The position numbers and the translations under genes are program-made. Source: a virus. Taken from it: 64,000 bases of DNA. Location: positions 64,001-128,000 of the IMG/VR virus record IMGVR_UViG_3300022872_000001, one strand, 5' to 3'. Shown here one piece after another: positions 55,892 to 64,000 of the stretch. Position 1 is the first letter of the stretch; each line of letters starts with the position of its first letter. The notes beneath the pieces are model-generated. The model was not told the DNA's origin, ran no database searches, and worked only from the letters and a program-made list of their open reading frames with translations.

Positions 55892-57484
55892 CTAAAAATT
55901 ACGGTTGACTATGAAAGCAAATTGACCAGACGTACCGTTAGCGGTACTCGGGCTTAGGGATGTTGTAGATTGATTCGTTATCATGGAACTTATTACCGCT
56001 ACTGCTGAGGTATTTCTCGATATGCCTGAAGTAGAATTGTAGGGCCATGCTCCGTTGTACGTCTGGGAGTTTTCATACCAAGGATAGTTAACGGCTGTTC
56101 GAACCATGAGTTTGGTGTTGTAGCACTCTATAGGGACACCAAGATTGTGATTGTTGGAATATGTCGTGGACGCCGCAAATGTAGTTGGATTAGCAACGCT
56201 GCTATACGTACCATTGTAAGCATAACTGGTAAGACCTGTGAGGCTGCCAGTTCCTGTAGTCGCCTCGGCTACATAAACACGGTTCTTTGCTGTAAAGGTA
56301 GGATTCACTCCAGCAGCTACTGATGCTCCACTAATCTGGTACATGGTCATCAATGGAATCGAGAAGAAATCCGAAGCGTAGCCAGGTGTGCCTATGTTAG
56401 GGGCTTGTGTAGGAACCGCATATCCTACCCCATTGGGATTTTGGCAATAGGGCAGATACTCAAACTTATCTATGTAACCTGTAAAGAAGTAATTGGTGCT
56501 TTGAACTGTACCTCCTCCAATTTGCACCTTATTGAATCCCGACGCTACCTTGGACGCAGAGGTTGTAGAGGCTTCCTGAACACCGTTGACATATAAACGA
56601 TAAATTCCTGCCACTATGTCGTAGGTAAGTTCTACAAAATACCAGGTGCTAATTGTAGGTGTGGTTACTCCCTGAACGTTACTTGCTATATCCGCAGATG
56701 TTCCTGTAGAAGACAGATTGTAACTAAACTTGAGTGTTCCACTTATGTTTGAGAGGCACAGGGAAGCGCCGTATCCTGAACTAGTGGTAGCGGTAACAAT
56801 GGGAGTCGCATTACCAGACGTAGGCAACACTGTTGAGTACACCCAGGCTCTTAAAGACCATCCGGCCGGACCTAAGGTGGTGAATGAAGTGCTTGATATA
56901 TAATCACTGGAACCGTTTAAGGCATTAGAAGTACCTGCCCCACCTAAGGCTCCTGTACCAAACTTAAACTGGTTCGTCTGAACCTTAGCTCCACCATTAG
57001 CTATCCATGTATTTCCAAAATCATCTAGGAATGTAGTAGAACCTGAGGAACCTCCAAACTGGAGAACAGATTGGTTATTTTGTTGATAGCTATATCCGTA
57101 TTGAGGTTGAGCAAGGGTTGATGACCAAGTAACTGAGGTATTATTCACCCAGTCTTGGGTTACGTAAGACAAATTGTTTGCAGGAAGGGTTACGACGTTT
57201 TTTGTGTCTGCACTCAAGGTTGATACGTAGTCCCGTAGTCCTGCTGCAAAATTCGTCCGCATAGGAGTGGAGGTAGCTAGTAGACTTAAAGCCAAACCAG
57301 TTCCTACTACAAGAGGATTGGCGTACCCTAAGTTACTTGTTACTCCACTCTGCACCGTCTGCCGTAGCAAGGGTGCATTTAGTCCATTAACCACGCCATT
57401 GGCATCGAATACAACGGAATCAACTCCGTTAACCTGCACGCTGCCTTGCGTGCCATTAGGTTTGGCATATACTGCAAGGGTCAT
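55892..57484 (-). CDS. LamG/ConA-like fibre or adhesin paralog 2 (type B, C-terminus X)
   Basis: QFGGSSGSTTFLDDFGNTW...KFGTGAL; WYFVELTYD...LYVNG. Confidence 0.75.
   Translation of the reverse strand: MTLAVYAKPNGTQGSVQVNGVDSVVFDANGVVNGLNAPLLRQTVQSGVTSNLGYANPLVVGTGLALSLLATSTPMRTNFAAGLRDYVSTLSADTKNVVTLPANNLSYVTQDWVNNTSVTWSSTLAQPQYGYSYQQNNQSVLQFGGSSGSTTFLDDFGNTWIANGGAKVQTNQFKFGTGALGGAGTSNALNGSSDYISSTSFTTLGPAGWSLRAWVYSTVLPTSGNATPIVTATTSSGYGASLCLSNISGTLKFSYNLSSTGTSADIASNVQGVTTPTISTWYFVELTYDIVAGIYRLYVNGVQEASTTSASKVASGFNKVQIGGGTVQSTNYFFTGYIDKFEYLPYCQNPNGVGYAVPTQAPNIGTPGYASDFFSIPLMTMYQISGASVAAGVNPTFTAKNRVYVAEATTGTGSLTGLTSYAYNGTYSSVANPTTFAASTTYSNNHNLGVPIECYNTKLMVRTAVNYPWYENSQTYNGAWPYNSTSGISRNTSAVAVISSMITNQSTTSLSPSTANGTSGQFAFIVNRNF
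55965..56116. repeat. 152-bp exact direct repeat, copy 2
   Basis: Identical to 54411-54562. Confidence 0.92.
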
Positions 57485-58110
57485 GGTAAGTACTCCTTAA
57501 TTGTAATGCGTGATGACATAAGTCCTCCTAACAGCAAGGAACCTCCGCTCCCATTAAGGTACGTTGTTCCTGCGGCTGTAGACCCGGCCCTAACTTTGAA
57601 TGTGGTTGCAGTAATTGTCCCTGCTACCATTAAATGTTTAAACGCAAGTTCGGTAATATTCCCTGAGGTGTAGTAACTCATACCACCTGCTAATCCATTG
57701 GCATTCGCATCTTGAAACAAGGCAGCAACGAAGGAAGCACTACCTAAGGATGAATTAGACAGGAATAACGCAACATCAATCTCTAATGTCGAACTAGCAT
57801 TCGTAGGCGTTATGGCTTGAGATAAAAATTGAATACCTGACGTATTTTGAGGAACCCCTGAACTAGCAAAGGTGGTTGTTCCCGTTTGCAAAGTTCCTAC
57901 CGTAGTGCTTACTACTTGAGCAATTAGGTTGGCACCTACAATTTTCATAGCGCCTGACGCAGGTACGGTAAAAATATCTTGAGTGGTTGAACCGTAATTA
58001 CCTCTCGATAACTTCATCGTCCCGTTTGCGGCAGCACTGGCAAGAACAAAATTCTGTGAGGCAGTTACGCTATCCCCGAGTTGAACCTGTGTTATGGTTG
58101 CACCTGCCAT
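57481..58110 (-). CDS. short fibre-associated paralog A (209 aa)
   Basis: QLGDSVTASQNFVL..A..NGTMKLSRGN; ITPTNASS.LEI. Confidence 0.7.
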   Translation of the reverse strand: MAGATITQVQLGDSVTASQNFVLASAAANGTMKLSRGNYGSTTQDIFTVPASGAMKIVGANLIAQVVSTTVGTLQTGTTTFASSGVPQNTSGIQFLSQAITPTNASSTLEIDVALFLSNSSLGSASFVAALFQDANANGLAGGMSYYTSGNITELAFKHLMVAGTITATTFKVRAGSTAAGTTYLNGSGGSLLLGGLMSSRITIKEYLP

Positions 58111-58124
58111 TAAAATTCCTTAGG

Positions 58125-58754
58125 TTACGGTAAATACTCCCGAATTATCATACTGGACATAGGCGCAGTCCCACCGAATAAAACAGCTCCACTGGCGCCA
58201 TTGAATGAGGTAGTACCTGCGGCATTACCACCCGCATTAACAGTAAAGGTCAGTGCACTGGTTGTACCTGCTACCATCCAATATTTTAAGGCTAATTGAA
58301 CTGCACCACTCGTACTTGCTTGATACTCGGCTGCGGCTGTCAGTGCATTCGAATTACCTGATACAAACAAAGCTGCACTTATGTGATTCGCCGCAGTATT
58401 CGATAAAAGCAGATAGCATTCAATCTCCAAGATTGAGGACGCATTGGTTGGAGTAATTGCCAACGACATATATTGATTACCTGTAGATGTCGTAGGTAAG
58501 GCTGCTATAGGCATTGTTGTTGTACCTGTAGCCTGCGCACTATATGCCTGACGCACAGCCTGTGCCATTAGGTTAGCACCTACAATCTTGGCTGTGCCTG
58601 ATACCGGAACGGTAATTATATCCTGTGTGGTAGCTCCAAAATTACCACGTGATAACTTCATCGTTCCGTCAGCCGAAGCGCTGGTAAGCACAAAATTCTG
58701 TGATGCGGTTACGCTGTCACCAAGTTGTAATTGGGTAATTGTTGTCCCAGCCAT
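58125..58754 (-). CDS. short fibre-associated paralog B (209 aa)
   Basis: Same length and motifs as 57481..58110. Confidence 0.7.
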   Translation of the reverse strand: MAGTTITQLQLGDSVTASQNFVLTSASADGTMKLSRGNFGATTQDIITVPVSGTAKIVGANLMAQAVRQAYSAQATGTTTMPIAALPTTSTGNQYMSLAITPTNASSILEIECYLLLSNTAANHISAALFVSGNSNALTAAAEYQASTSGAVQLALKYWMVAGTTSALTFTVNAGGNAAGTTSFNGASGAVLFGGTAPMSSMIIREYLP

Positions 58755-58798
58755 TAGAAGCTCCTTCGTGTTTTGATTCTAAAAAATCCTGAGGTGAT
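58752..58798. repeat. 47-bp exact repeat spanning the stop of paralog 3 (copy 2 at 60284-60330); a second 57-bp exact repeat lies at 58994-59050 / 60526-60582
   Basis: Direct comparison of the 3' ends of paralogs 3 and 4. Confidence 0.85.
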
Positions 58799-60286
58799 GG
58801 CAGCATTTGCCGTACTGTACCCTACGTTGGTAGCGAAACCTACCGAGCTTGAATTACGTGTTGATACTCCACCGTAGTATCCATAGTTTGCAAAGGCTGA
58901 TTGCGTCGCTATACGCTCATTGGTTCCATTTATATCGTCAGCTAATGTGGAATCCATATTCCACATAGTCGTGCCTAAATTATGCGATTTGGCATATACT
59001 GTACTAGCTGCTACCGCAAATAATCCAGAGTCATACCTGCCATTTAAGGCATAATTCACTACACTTGAAATTGCACTTGACGAAGTTACAGCTTCACCTA
59101 TGTAAACACGGTTCTTTGCAGTAAAGGTTGGAGTAGTACCCGCTCCTGTTGAAGCTCCTGACACCTGGTACATAGTCATTTGAGGAATACTAAAGAAATC
59201 TGCTGCATATCCTTGAGTAGCGACGTTTGGTGCGGCTGTAGGCACTGTATATGTGGTACCTGCAGGATGTTGGCAATAAGGGAGGTATTCAAACTTATCT
59301 ATGTAACCTGAGAAAAAGTTGCCTACAGTAGTAGCACTTCCTATTGACCATACGGGAACTGGACAAATCTTGGAGGAACTGGTAACCGTATAATCAAGCA
59401 CTCCATTTAAATATCCAAAATATTTTCCAGCCACAGGATCATAGGTAATTTCGATGAAGTTCCAAGTACCTGCGGTAAGTGTGGCAGTACCTGTACCTGC
59501 ACTTGCGATATCCCAACTAGTTGCGGTACTAGATAGGTAGTAACTCATCTTACTGGAAGCGATACCTACTGCGGCTCCATAGCCTGACGCTGATTGACCT
59601 GCCATTAAAATAGTTTGAAATGTGGCACTAGATACAGCTACAGGATTAAACCAACACCGCAGGGACCAACCACCCTGTCCTAAGGACGTAAAACTACTGG
59701 AACTTATATAGTCGCTAGAACCATTTAAAACATTGCTGGTACCTGCTCCCCCTAAAGCACCTGTACCGAATTTGAAAGAAGTAGTTTGAACTTTCGCACT
59801 TCCATGGGCAGTCCATGTATTCCCAAAATCATCTAGGAAAGTGGTGCTCCCTGCTGAACCCCCGAACTGAAGAACCGATTGTTGATTCTGAATATAGCTG
59901 TAACCATACTGAGGCTGAGCAAGGGTCGATGACCAAGTAACCGCACTAGGATTTACATAATCCTGACTAATGAAGGAAGTATTGCTCGCAGGAAGGGTTA
60001 CGACGCTCGCTACATCTGAAGTTAAAGTCGCTATGTAATCCTTAACTCCCAATGCAAACGCGGTCCTAACTGGAACAGTAGTAGCTGCCAGATTTATGGC
60101 TAGTCCTGTACCTGCACTTAGCATATTGGCATAGCCTGAACTATTGGTAGCGCCTGTTTGCACAGCCTGGCGTGCTCCCAAAACCATACCTGTTGTTATA
60201 CCGCCTACATTAAAAGACACGGAGTTCACACCGTTGGCTTGCAGACCTCCACCTCCTCCCGGATTCGATCCTACTAAAATGCTCAT
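58754..60286 (-). CDS. LamG/ConA-like paralog 3 (type B, C-terminus Y)
   Basis: Shared N-domain, LamG, NGRYDSGLFAVAA...RIKTRRSF. Confidence 0.75.
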   Translation of the reverse strand: MSILVGSNPGGGGGLQANGVNSVSFNVGGITTGMVLGARQAVQTGATNSSGYANMLSAGTGLAINLAATTVPVRTAFALGVKDYIATLTSDVASVVTLPASNTSFISQDYVNPSAVTWSSTLAQPQYGYSYIQNQQSVLQFGGSAGSTTFLDDFGNTWTAHGSAKVQTTSFKFGTGALGGAGTSNVLNGSSDYISSSSFTSLGQGGWSLRCWFNPVAVSSATFQTILMAGQSASGYGAAVGIASSKMSYYLSSTATSWDIASAGTGTATLTAGTWNFIEITYDPVAGKYFGYLNGVLDYTVTSSSKICPVPVWSIGSATTVGNFFSGYIDKFEYLPYCQHPAGTTYTVPTAAPNVATQGYAADFFSIPQMTMYQVSGASTGAGTTPTFTAKNRVYIGEAVTSSSAISSVVNYALNGRYDSGLFAVAASTVYAKSHNLGTTMWNMDSTLADDINGTNERIATQSAFANYGYYGGVSTRNSSSVGFATNVGYSTANAAITSGFFRIKTRRSF

Positions 60287-61836
60287 TAGAAGCTCCTTCG
60301 TGTTTTGATTCTAAAAAATCCTGAGGTGATAGCTGCGCTTGCAGTACTTACACCTACGTTGGTAGAGAATCCTAAACTAAATTGATTGCGAGATGCTGTA
60401 GCTCCATAATATCCATAGCTGCTACCTGAAATCTGAGTAGGGACCCGTTCATTGGTTCCACTAACATCATCAGCAATTGTAGGATCAATTGTGTACTGCA
60501 CTGTTCCTATATTATGTGTCTTGCTATATACTGTACTAGCTGCTACCGCAAATAATCCAGAGTCATACCTGCCATTTAAGGCGTAATTCACAACCGACGA
60601 TATGCCTGTAACACCTGCCGTTGTTTCTCCCACATAAACACGGTTCTTTGCTGTAAAGGTTGGATTAGTTCCTGATACACCAGACGCGCTTGATACTTGG
60701 TACATAGTCATCAATGGAATGCTAAACCAGTCACTGGCGTATCCCTGAGTAGCTACGTTAGGAGCTTGAGTTGGTACTGCGTAACCTACTCCGTTAGGAT
60801 GTTGGCAATAAGGCAGATACTCAAACTTATCTATGTAACCTGTAAAGAATCCCGCAGGTGTTGTACCGCCCTGTGCACCAACACATAAGGACGTGATAGG
60901 ACATATTACACTTGATGAGGTAGCTGAGGTTAATTGTGTGCCATTGACATAAAGACGATATACTCCTGCTACTGCATCGAATGTAAATTCAACAAAATAC
61001 CAAGTACCAACTACAGGAACCAAAGCCGCGGTAATCCCAGAAGCAATATCCCAGGACGTACCAGTACTGGACGCCCATGCTGAAAATGAATAAGTGCCAG
61101 CATTGTTGTAAACGCCAAATTCTACGCCGTACTTAGCATCATTGCATGCCCCAACTACAGTCGATAAAAATGTAGAAGCAGGAAGAACAGTTGGATTAAC
61201 CCATGCTCTTAAAGACCAACCAGTTTTACCTAGTGAGGTAAAACTGGTGCTCTTCAAATAATCACTGGAACCGTTTAAGGCATTGCTAGTTCCTCCACCA
61301 CCTAAAGCTCCAGTACCAAATTTAACCTGGTTAGTCTGGACTTTAGCTCCGCCTTGTGCTACCCATGTATTTCCAAAGTCATCTAGGAATGTAGTAGAAC
61401 CTGCCGAACCTCCAAATTGAAGGACAGATTGGCTGTTCTGCACATACAAGTATCCATACTGAGGTTGGGCTAGAGTGGAATTCCAGGTAACCGAGGTAGG
61501 GCTAACGTAATCTTGAGATATGAAAGACAAGGCACTAGCAGGCACACTAACCACGCTACTGGTATCGCTACTAAGAGTAGACACGTAATCTTGAACTCCA
61601 GCTGCGAATGCCGTCTTCATTGGGACCGTGGTGGCAGCAAGGTTGAGTGCCAATCCAGAACCTGATGAAAGCATGGAAGCATATCCACCTGTAGTAGAAC
61701 CTGATTGGACGGTTTGTCTAACACCTAACGTAAAACCACTCGTAATTCCTGAGGCATCAAATACTACTGCTGGCGTATCATTCACCTGCAGCGTTCCAGT
61801 TAACCCTGAGGAATCCGCTACTATTGTTGTAATCAT
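60286..61836 (-). CDS. LamG/ConA-like paralog 4 (type B, C-terminus Y)
   Basis: As paralog 3. Confidence 0.75.
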   Translation of the reverse strand: MITTIVADSSGLTGTLQVNDTPAVVFDASGITSGFTLGVRQTVQSGSTTGGYASMLSSGSGLALNLAATTVPMKTAFAAGVQDYVSTLSSDTSSVVSVPASALSFISQDYVSPTSVTWNSTLAQPQYGYLYVQNSQSVLQFGGSAGSTTFLDDFGNTWVAQGGAKVQTNQVKFGTGALGGGGTSNALNGSSDYLKSTSFTSLGKTGWSLRAWVNPTVLPASTFLSTVVGACNDAKYGVEFGVYNNAGTYSFSAWASSTGTSWDIASGITAALVPVVGTWYFVEFTFDAVAGVYRLYVNGTQLTSATSSSVICPITSLCVGAQGGTTPAGFFTGYIDKFEYLPYCQHPNGVGYAVPTQAPNVATQGYASDWFSIPLMTMYQVSSASGVSGTNPTFTAKNRVYVGETTAGVTGISSVVNYALNGRYDSGLFAVAASTVYSKTHNIGTVQYTIDPTIADDVSGTNERVPTQISGSSYGYYGATASRNQFSLGFSTNVGVSTASAAITSGFFRIKTRRSF

Positions 61837-63341
61837 TAAAAACTCCTTCGGGTACGTACTCTATAAAATCCTGTAGTTGCGCTTGCATTAGCAGTTGAAA
61901 TACCTGGAGCGGTACTTCCTGAAATAACAGATACCTGGTTTCGTGTAGCTGTTCCTCCTGAATACCCATAACCTGTAAAACTATTTGAAGTAGCTACTCT
62001 CTCATTAGTTCCATTGATATCATCTGCAAAACTTATATCTACCGCGTATTGAGATGTTCCAATATTATGGGTTTTGCTATAGGTTATATTACCAGCAGCA
62101 ACTGCAAATAAGCCTGAATCGTATCTTCCATTCAAAGCATAATTCACGACCGAGGAAACTGAGGAGGTTCCTGTTACTGCCTCACCTACATACACTCTAT
62201 TCTTGGGAGTGAATACAGGATTTACACCTACACCTACCGAAGGTCCAGACACCTGATACATCTGCATGTTTGGTATCGAGAAGAAATCCGAAGCGTAACC
62301 AGACGTACCTGCCTTCGATAAGGCCGTTTGCGGTGTGAACGTCACTCCGTTCGGATGTTTGCAGTAAGGAAGGAATTCGAATCCCTGAATCGATCCTGCC
62401 CAGAATTGACCAAAGGCAGTGGTAGCCCCTATAGCAAGTGTCGTAATCGGGCAAAGAATACTCGCGCTGGTAATGGTCAAATTACTTTCGGCAACACCGT
62501 TAACATAGACAAAATATTTACCTGCTACGGCATCGTATGTTACCTCAAGATCATAAGCCGTACCATTAACAAATGTGGTATTACCTGCCACCCCATTAGC
62601 TATATCAAATGAAGTTCCTGTACTGGATAAAGCAAAAGAAATTTTACTAGAAACGAAGTTCACTACCAGACCGTAGTTTGCGGCATTGGCAAAATAAAAC
62701 AGACTGGAGGTTGTCGCAATGGAGGTCGGAATAAACTTGCAACGAACTGTCCAACTAGCCTTACCTAAACTGGTTATAGCTGTTGACTTCATATACGAAC
62801 TGGTACCGTTGAAGACACCCATATACGTTCCAGCTATAGCTGGTGAGGTATTGCTAAAGGTTACTGCATTGTTGGTCCAGGTATTACCAAAGTCATCCAA
62901 GTTGGTATTATTTAAATCCAGTTTAGCTTGAGCGGCTTGGTTGAAAGAATAACCATACTGAGGTTGAGCAAGAGTAGAATTCCACGCCACAGACGCCGAA
63001 CTCACCCAGTCCTGAGATACGAAGGATAGATTCGAGGCCGGTAGCGTCACCACACCTGCGGTATCGGCTGTCAGTGTAGCTATGAAGTCTTGGACACCTG
63101 CAGCAAATGTGGTGCGCATATTAACAGAAGTAGCCGCCAAATTCACAGCTAATCCTGTTCCTGCACTTAACATGCCTGAGTAGCCAGCAGAAGTTATGGC
63201 TCCATATTGGACTGTATTTCTGGTATTGGTTAGACTATACCCACTTGTAATTCCATTGGCGTCGAATACTAAGGAATCGACACCTCCGACTTGTAACGAG
63301 CCACTTAAGCCTGTGGCATTAGAAACTAGTGCTACAGTCAT
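61836..63341 (-). CDS. LamG/ConA-like paralog 5 (type A, C-terminus Y)
   Basis: LNNTNLDDFGN...SPAIAGTYMGVFNGT shared with paralog 1; C-terminus shared with paralogs 3 and 4. Confidence 0.75.
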   Translation of the reverse strand: MTVALVSNATGLSGSLQVGGVDSLVFDANGITSGYSLTNTRNTVQYGAITSAGYSGMLSAGTGLAVNLAATSVNMRTTFAAGVQDFIATLTADTAGVVTLPASNLSFVSQDWVSSASVAWNSTLAQPQYGYSFNQAAQAKLDLNNTNLDDFGNTWTNNAVTFSNTSPAIAGTYMGVFNGTSSYMKSTAITSLGKASWTVRCKFIPTSIATTSSLFYFANAANYGLVVNFVSSKISFALSSTGTSFDIANGVAGNTTFVNGTAYDLEVTYDAVAGKYFVYVNGVAESNLTITSASILCPITTLAIGATTAFGQFWAGSIQGFEFLPYCKHPNGVTFTPQTALSKAGTSGYASDFFSIPNMQMYQVSGPSVGVGVNPVFTPKNRVYVGEAVTGTSSVSSVVNYALNGRYDSGLFAVAAGNITYSKTHNIGTSQYAVDISFADDINGTNERVATSNSFTGYGYSGGTATRNQVSVISGSTAPGISTANASATTGFYRVRTRRSF

Positions 63342-63350
63342 AATTTTTCC

Positions 63351-64000
63351 TTAGACGATTACCCAACGCGAACCTGTAGGTATAGTAACGGTTATTCCAT
63401 TTGCTACCGCAATAGGTCCAGCCGATACCGCGTTTTTATTAGTTGTTATGGCGTAGCTTATGCTCACGGTTTCTGCATTCTCGTAGAACACGTCACTGCC
63501 TGTCCCACCACTGGCTCCACCTGTACCTGAAGGAGTTACCCATGCAAGAGATGTACCATTCCAAGTCAACGCTGTACCAGCAGTAGTTGGTGCGGTAACA
63601 AAACCGGTAACACCCGTTCCTGTTTGGTAGTTCACCTGATTAGCTGCACCACCTGCGACCGCAGTAGCTAATGCCGCAGTTCCTCCAATACTCAAACTAG
63701 CGGCTGTGCCGGTCGCATTGGTTAATACAACGGCAGACGGCGTACCTAGATTAGGTGTGGTCAAACTTGGTGATGTATTAAGAACAACAGAACCTGTACC
63801 TGTTGACGTAGTTGTTCCTGTACCACCATTGGCTACAGCTAGAGTGCCCCCAAGGGTTATGGTACCTGATCCAGTAATAGGACCGCCTGTGGTAGTTAAA
63901 CCTGTAGTACCTCCGGACACTGCAACCGAGGTAACGCTACCTGTACCTTCCGCAACCCATGCAAATGCTGAACCACTCCAAGACAACAACGTATTTGCTG
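63351..64000 (-). CDS. C-terminal part of a Gly/Thr-rich fibre protein (5' end beyond the window)
   Basis: GSVTSVAVSGGTTG and LAVANGGTG repeats; terminal VFYEN...SAGPI.V..G.TVTIP.GSRWVIV; frame open to the window edge. Confidence 0.7.
   Translation of the reverse strand, partial: ANTLLSWSGSAFAWVAEGTGSVTSVAVSGGTTGLTTTGGPITGSGTITLGGTLAVANGGTGTTTSTGTGSVVLNTSPSLTTPNLGTPSAVVLTNATGTAASLSIGGTAALATAVAGGAANQVNYQTGTGVTGFVTAPTTAGTALTWNGTSLAWVTPSGTGGASGGTGSDVFYENAETVSISYAITTNKNAVSAGPIAVANGITVTIPTGSRWVIV

Noticed and set aside
54344-63341. Diversity-generating retroelement or shufflon behind the adhesin repeats
   Set aside because: The 152-bp copies are identical with no adenine-specific mismatches; repeats are direct, not inverted; no reverse transcriptase or invertase in the window (one elsewhere in the genome is not excluded)

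Overview
This 64 kb window is part of a large tailed dsDNA phage genome with a contractile tail (jumbo myovirus-like). Host and taxon cannot be assigned without a search. Left to right: (1) 71-6888, a 7-deazaguanine (DpdA/TGT-FolE-QueE) cluster that also carries a PP-loop PAPS-reductase-like protein, a PIG-L-type deacetylase, a GT-B glycosyltransferase and a HAD phosphatase. (2) 6888-17857, small accessory genes, including a Tad1-like anti-defence sponge and thyX. Directly behind the thyX stop codon lies a 5'-truncated thyA that is still split by a group I intron encoding a GIY-YIG endonuclease. (3) 17859-24489, a frameshifted free-standing homing endonuclease, a sigma-like factor, a probable SSB with a long blocky acidic/basic tail, and a RecA-like recombinase with an HNH-containing intein. 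(4) 24500-50251, packaging and tail genes (TerL, RuvC-like, MmcB-like, probable portal, tube/baseplate, transglycosylase, spike, PAAR, wedge, tail fibre), ending in an Acb1-like 2H phosphodiesterase and a bidirectional terminator. (5) 50331-64000, a minus-strand fibre/adhesin cassette with five mosaic LamG-domain paralogs. All family assignments come from motif recognition by eye; no database search was run. No tRNA, rRNA or CRISPR array was seen.
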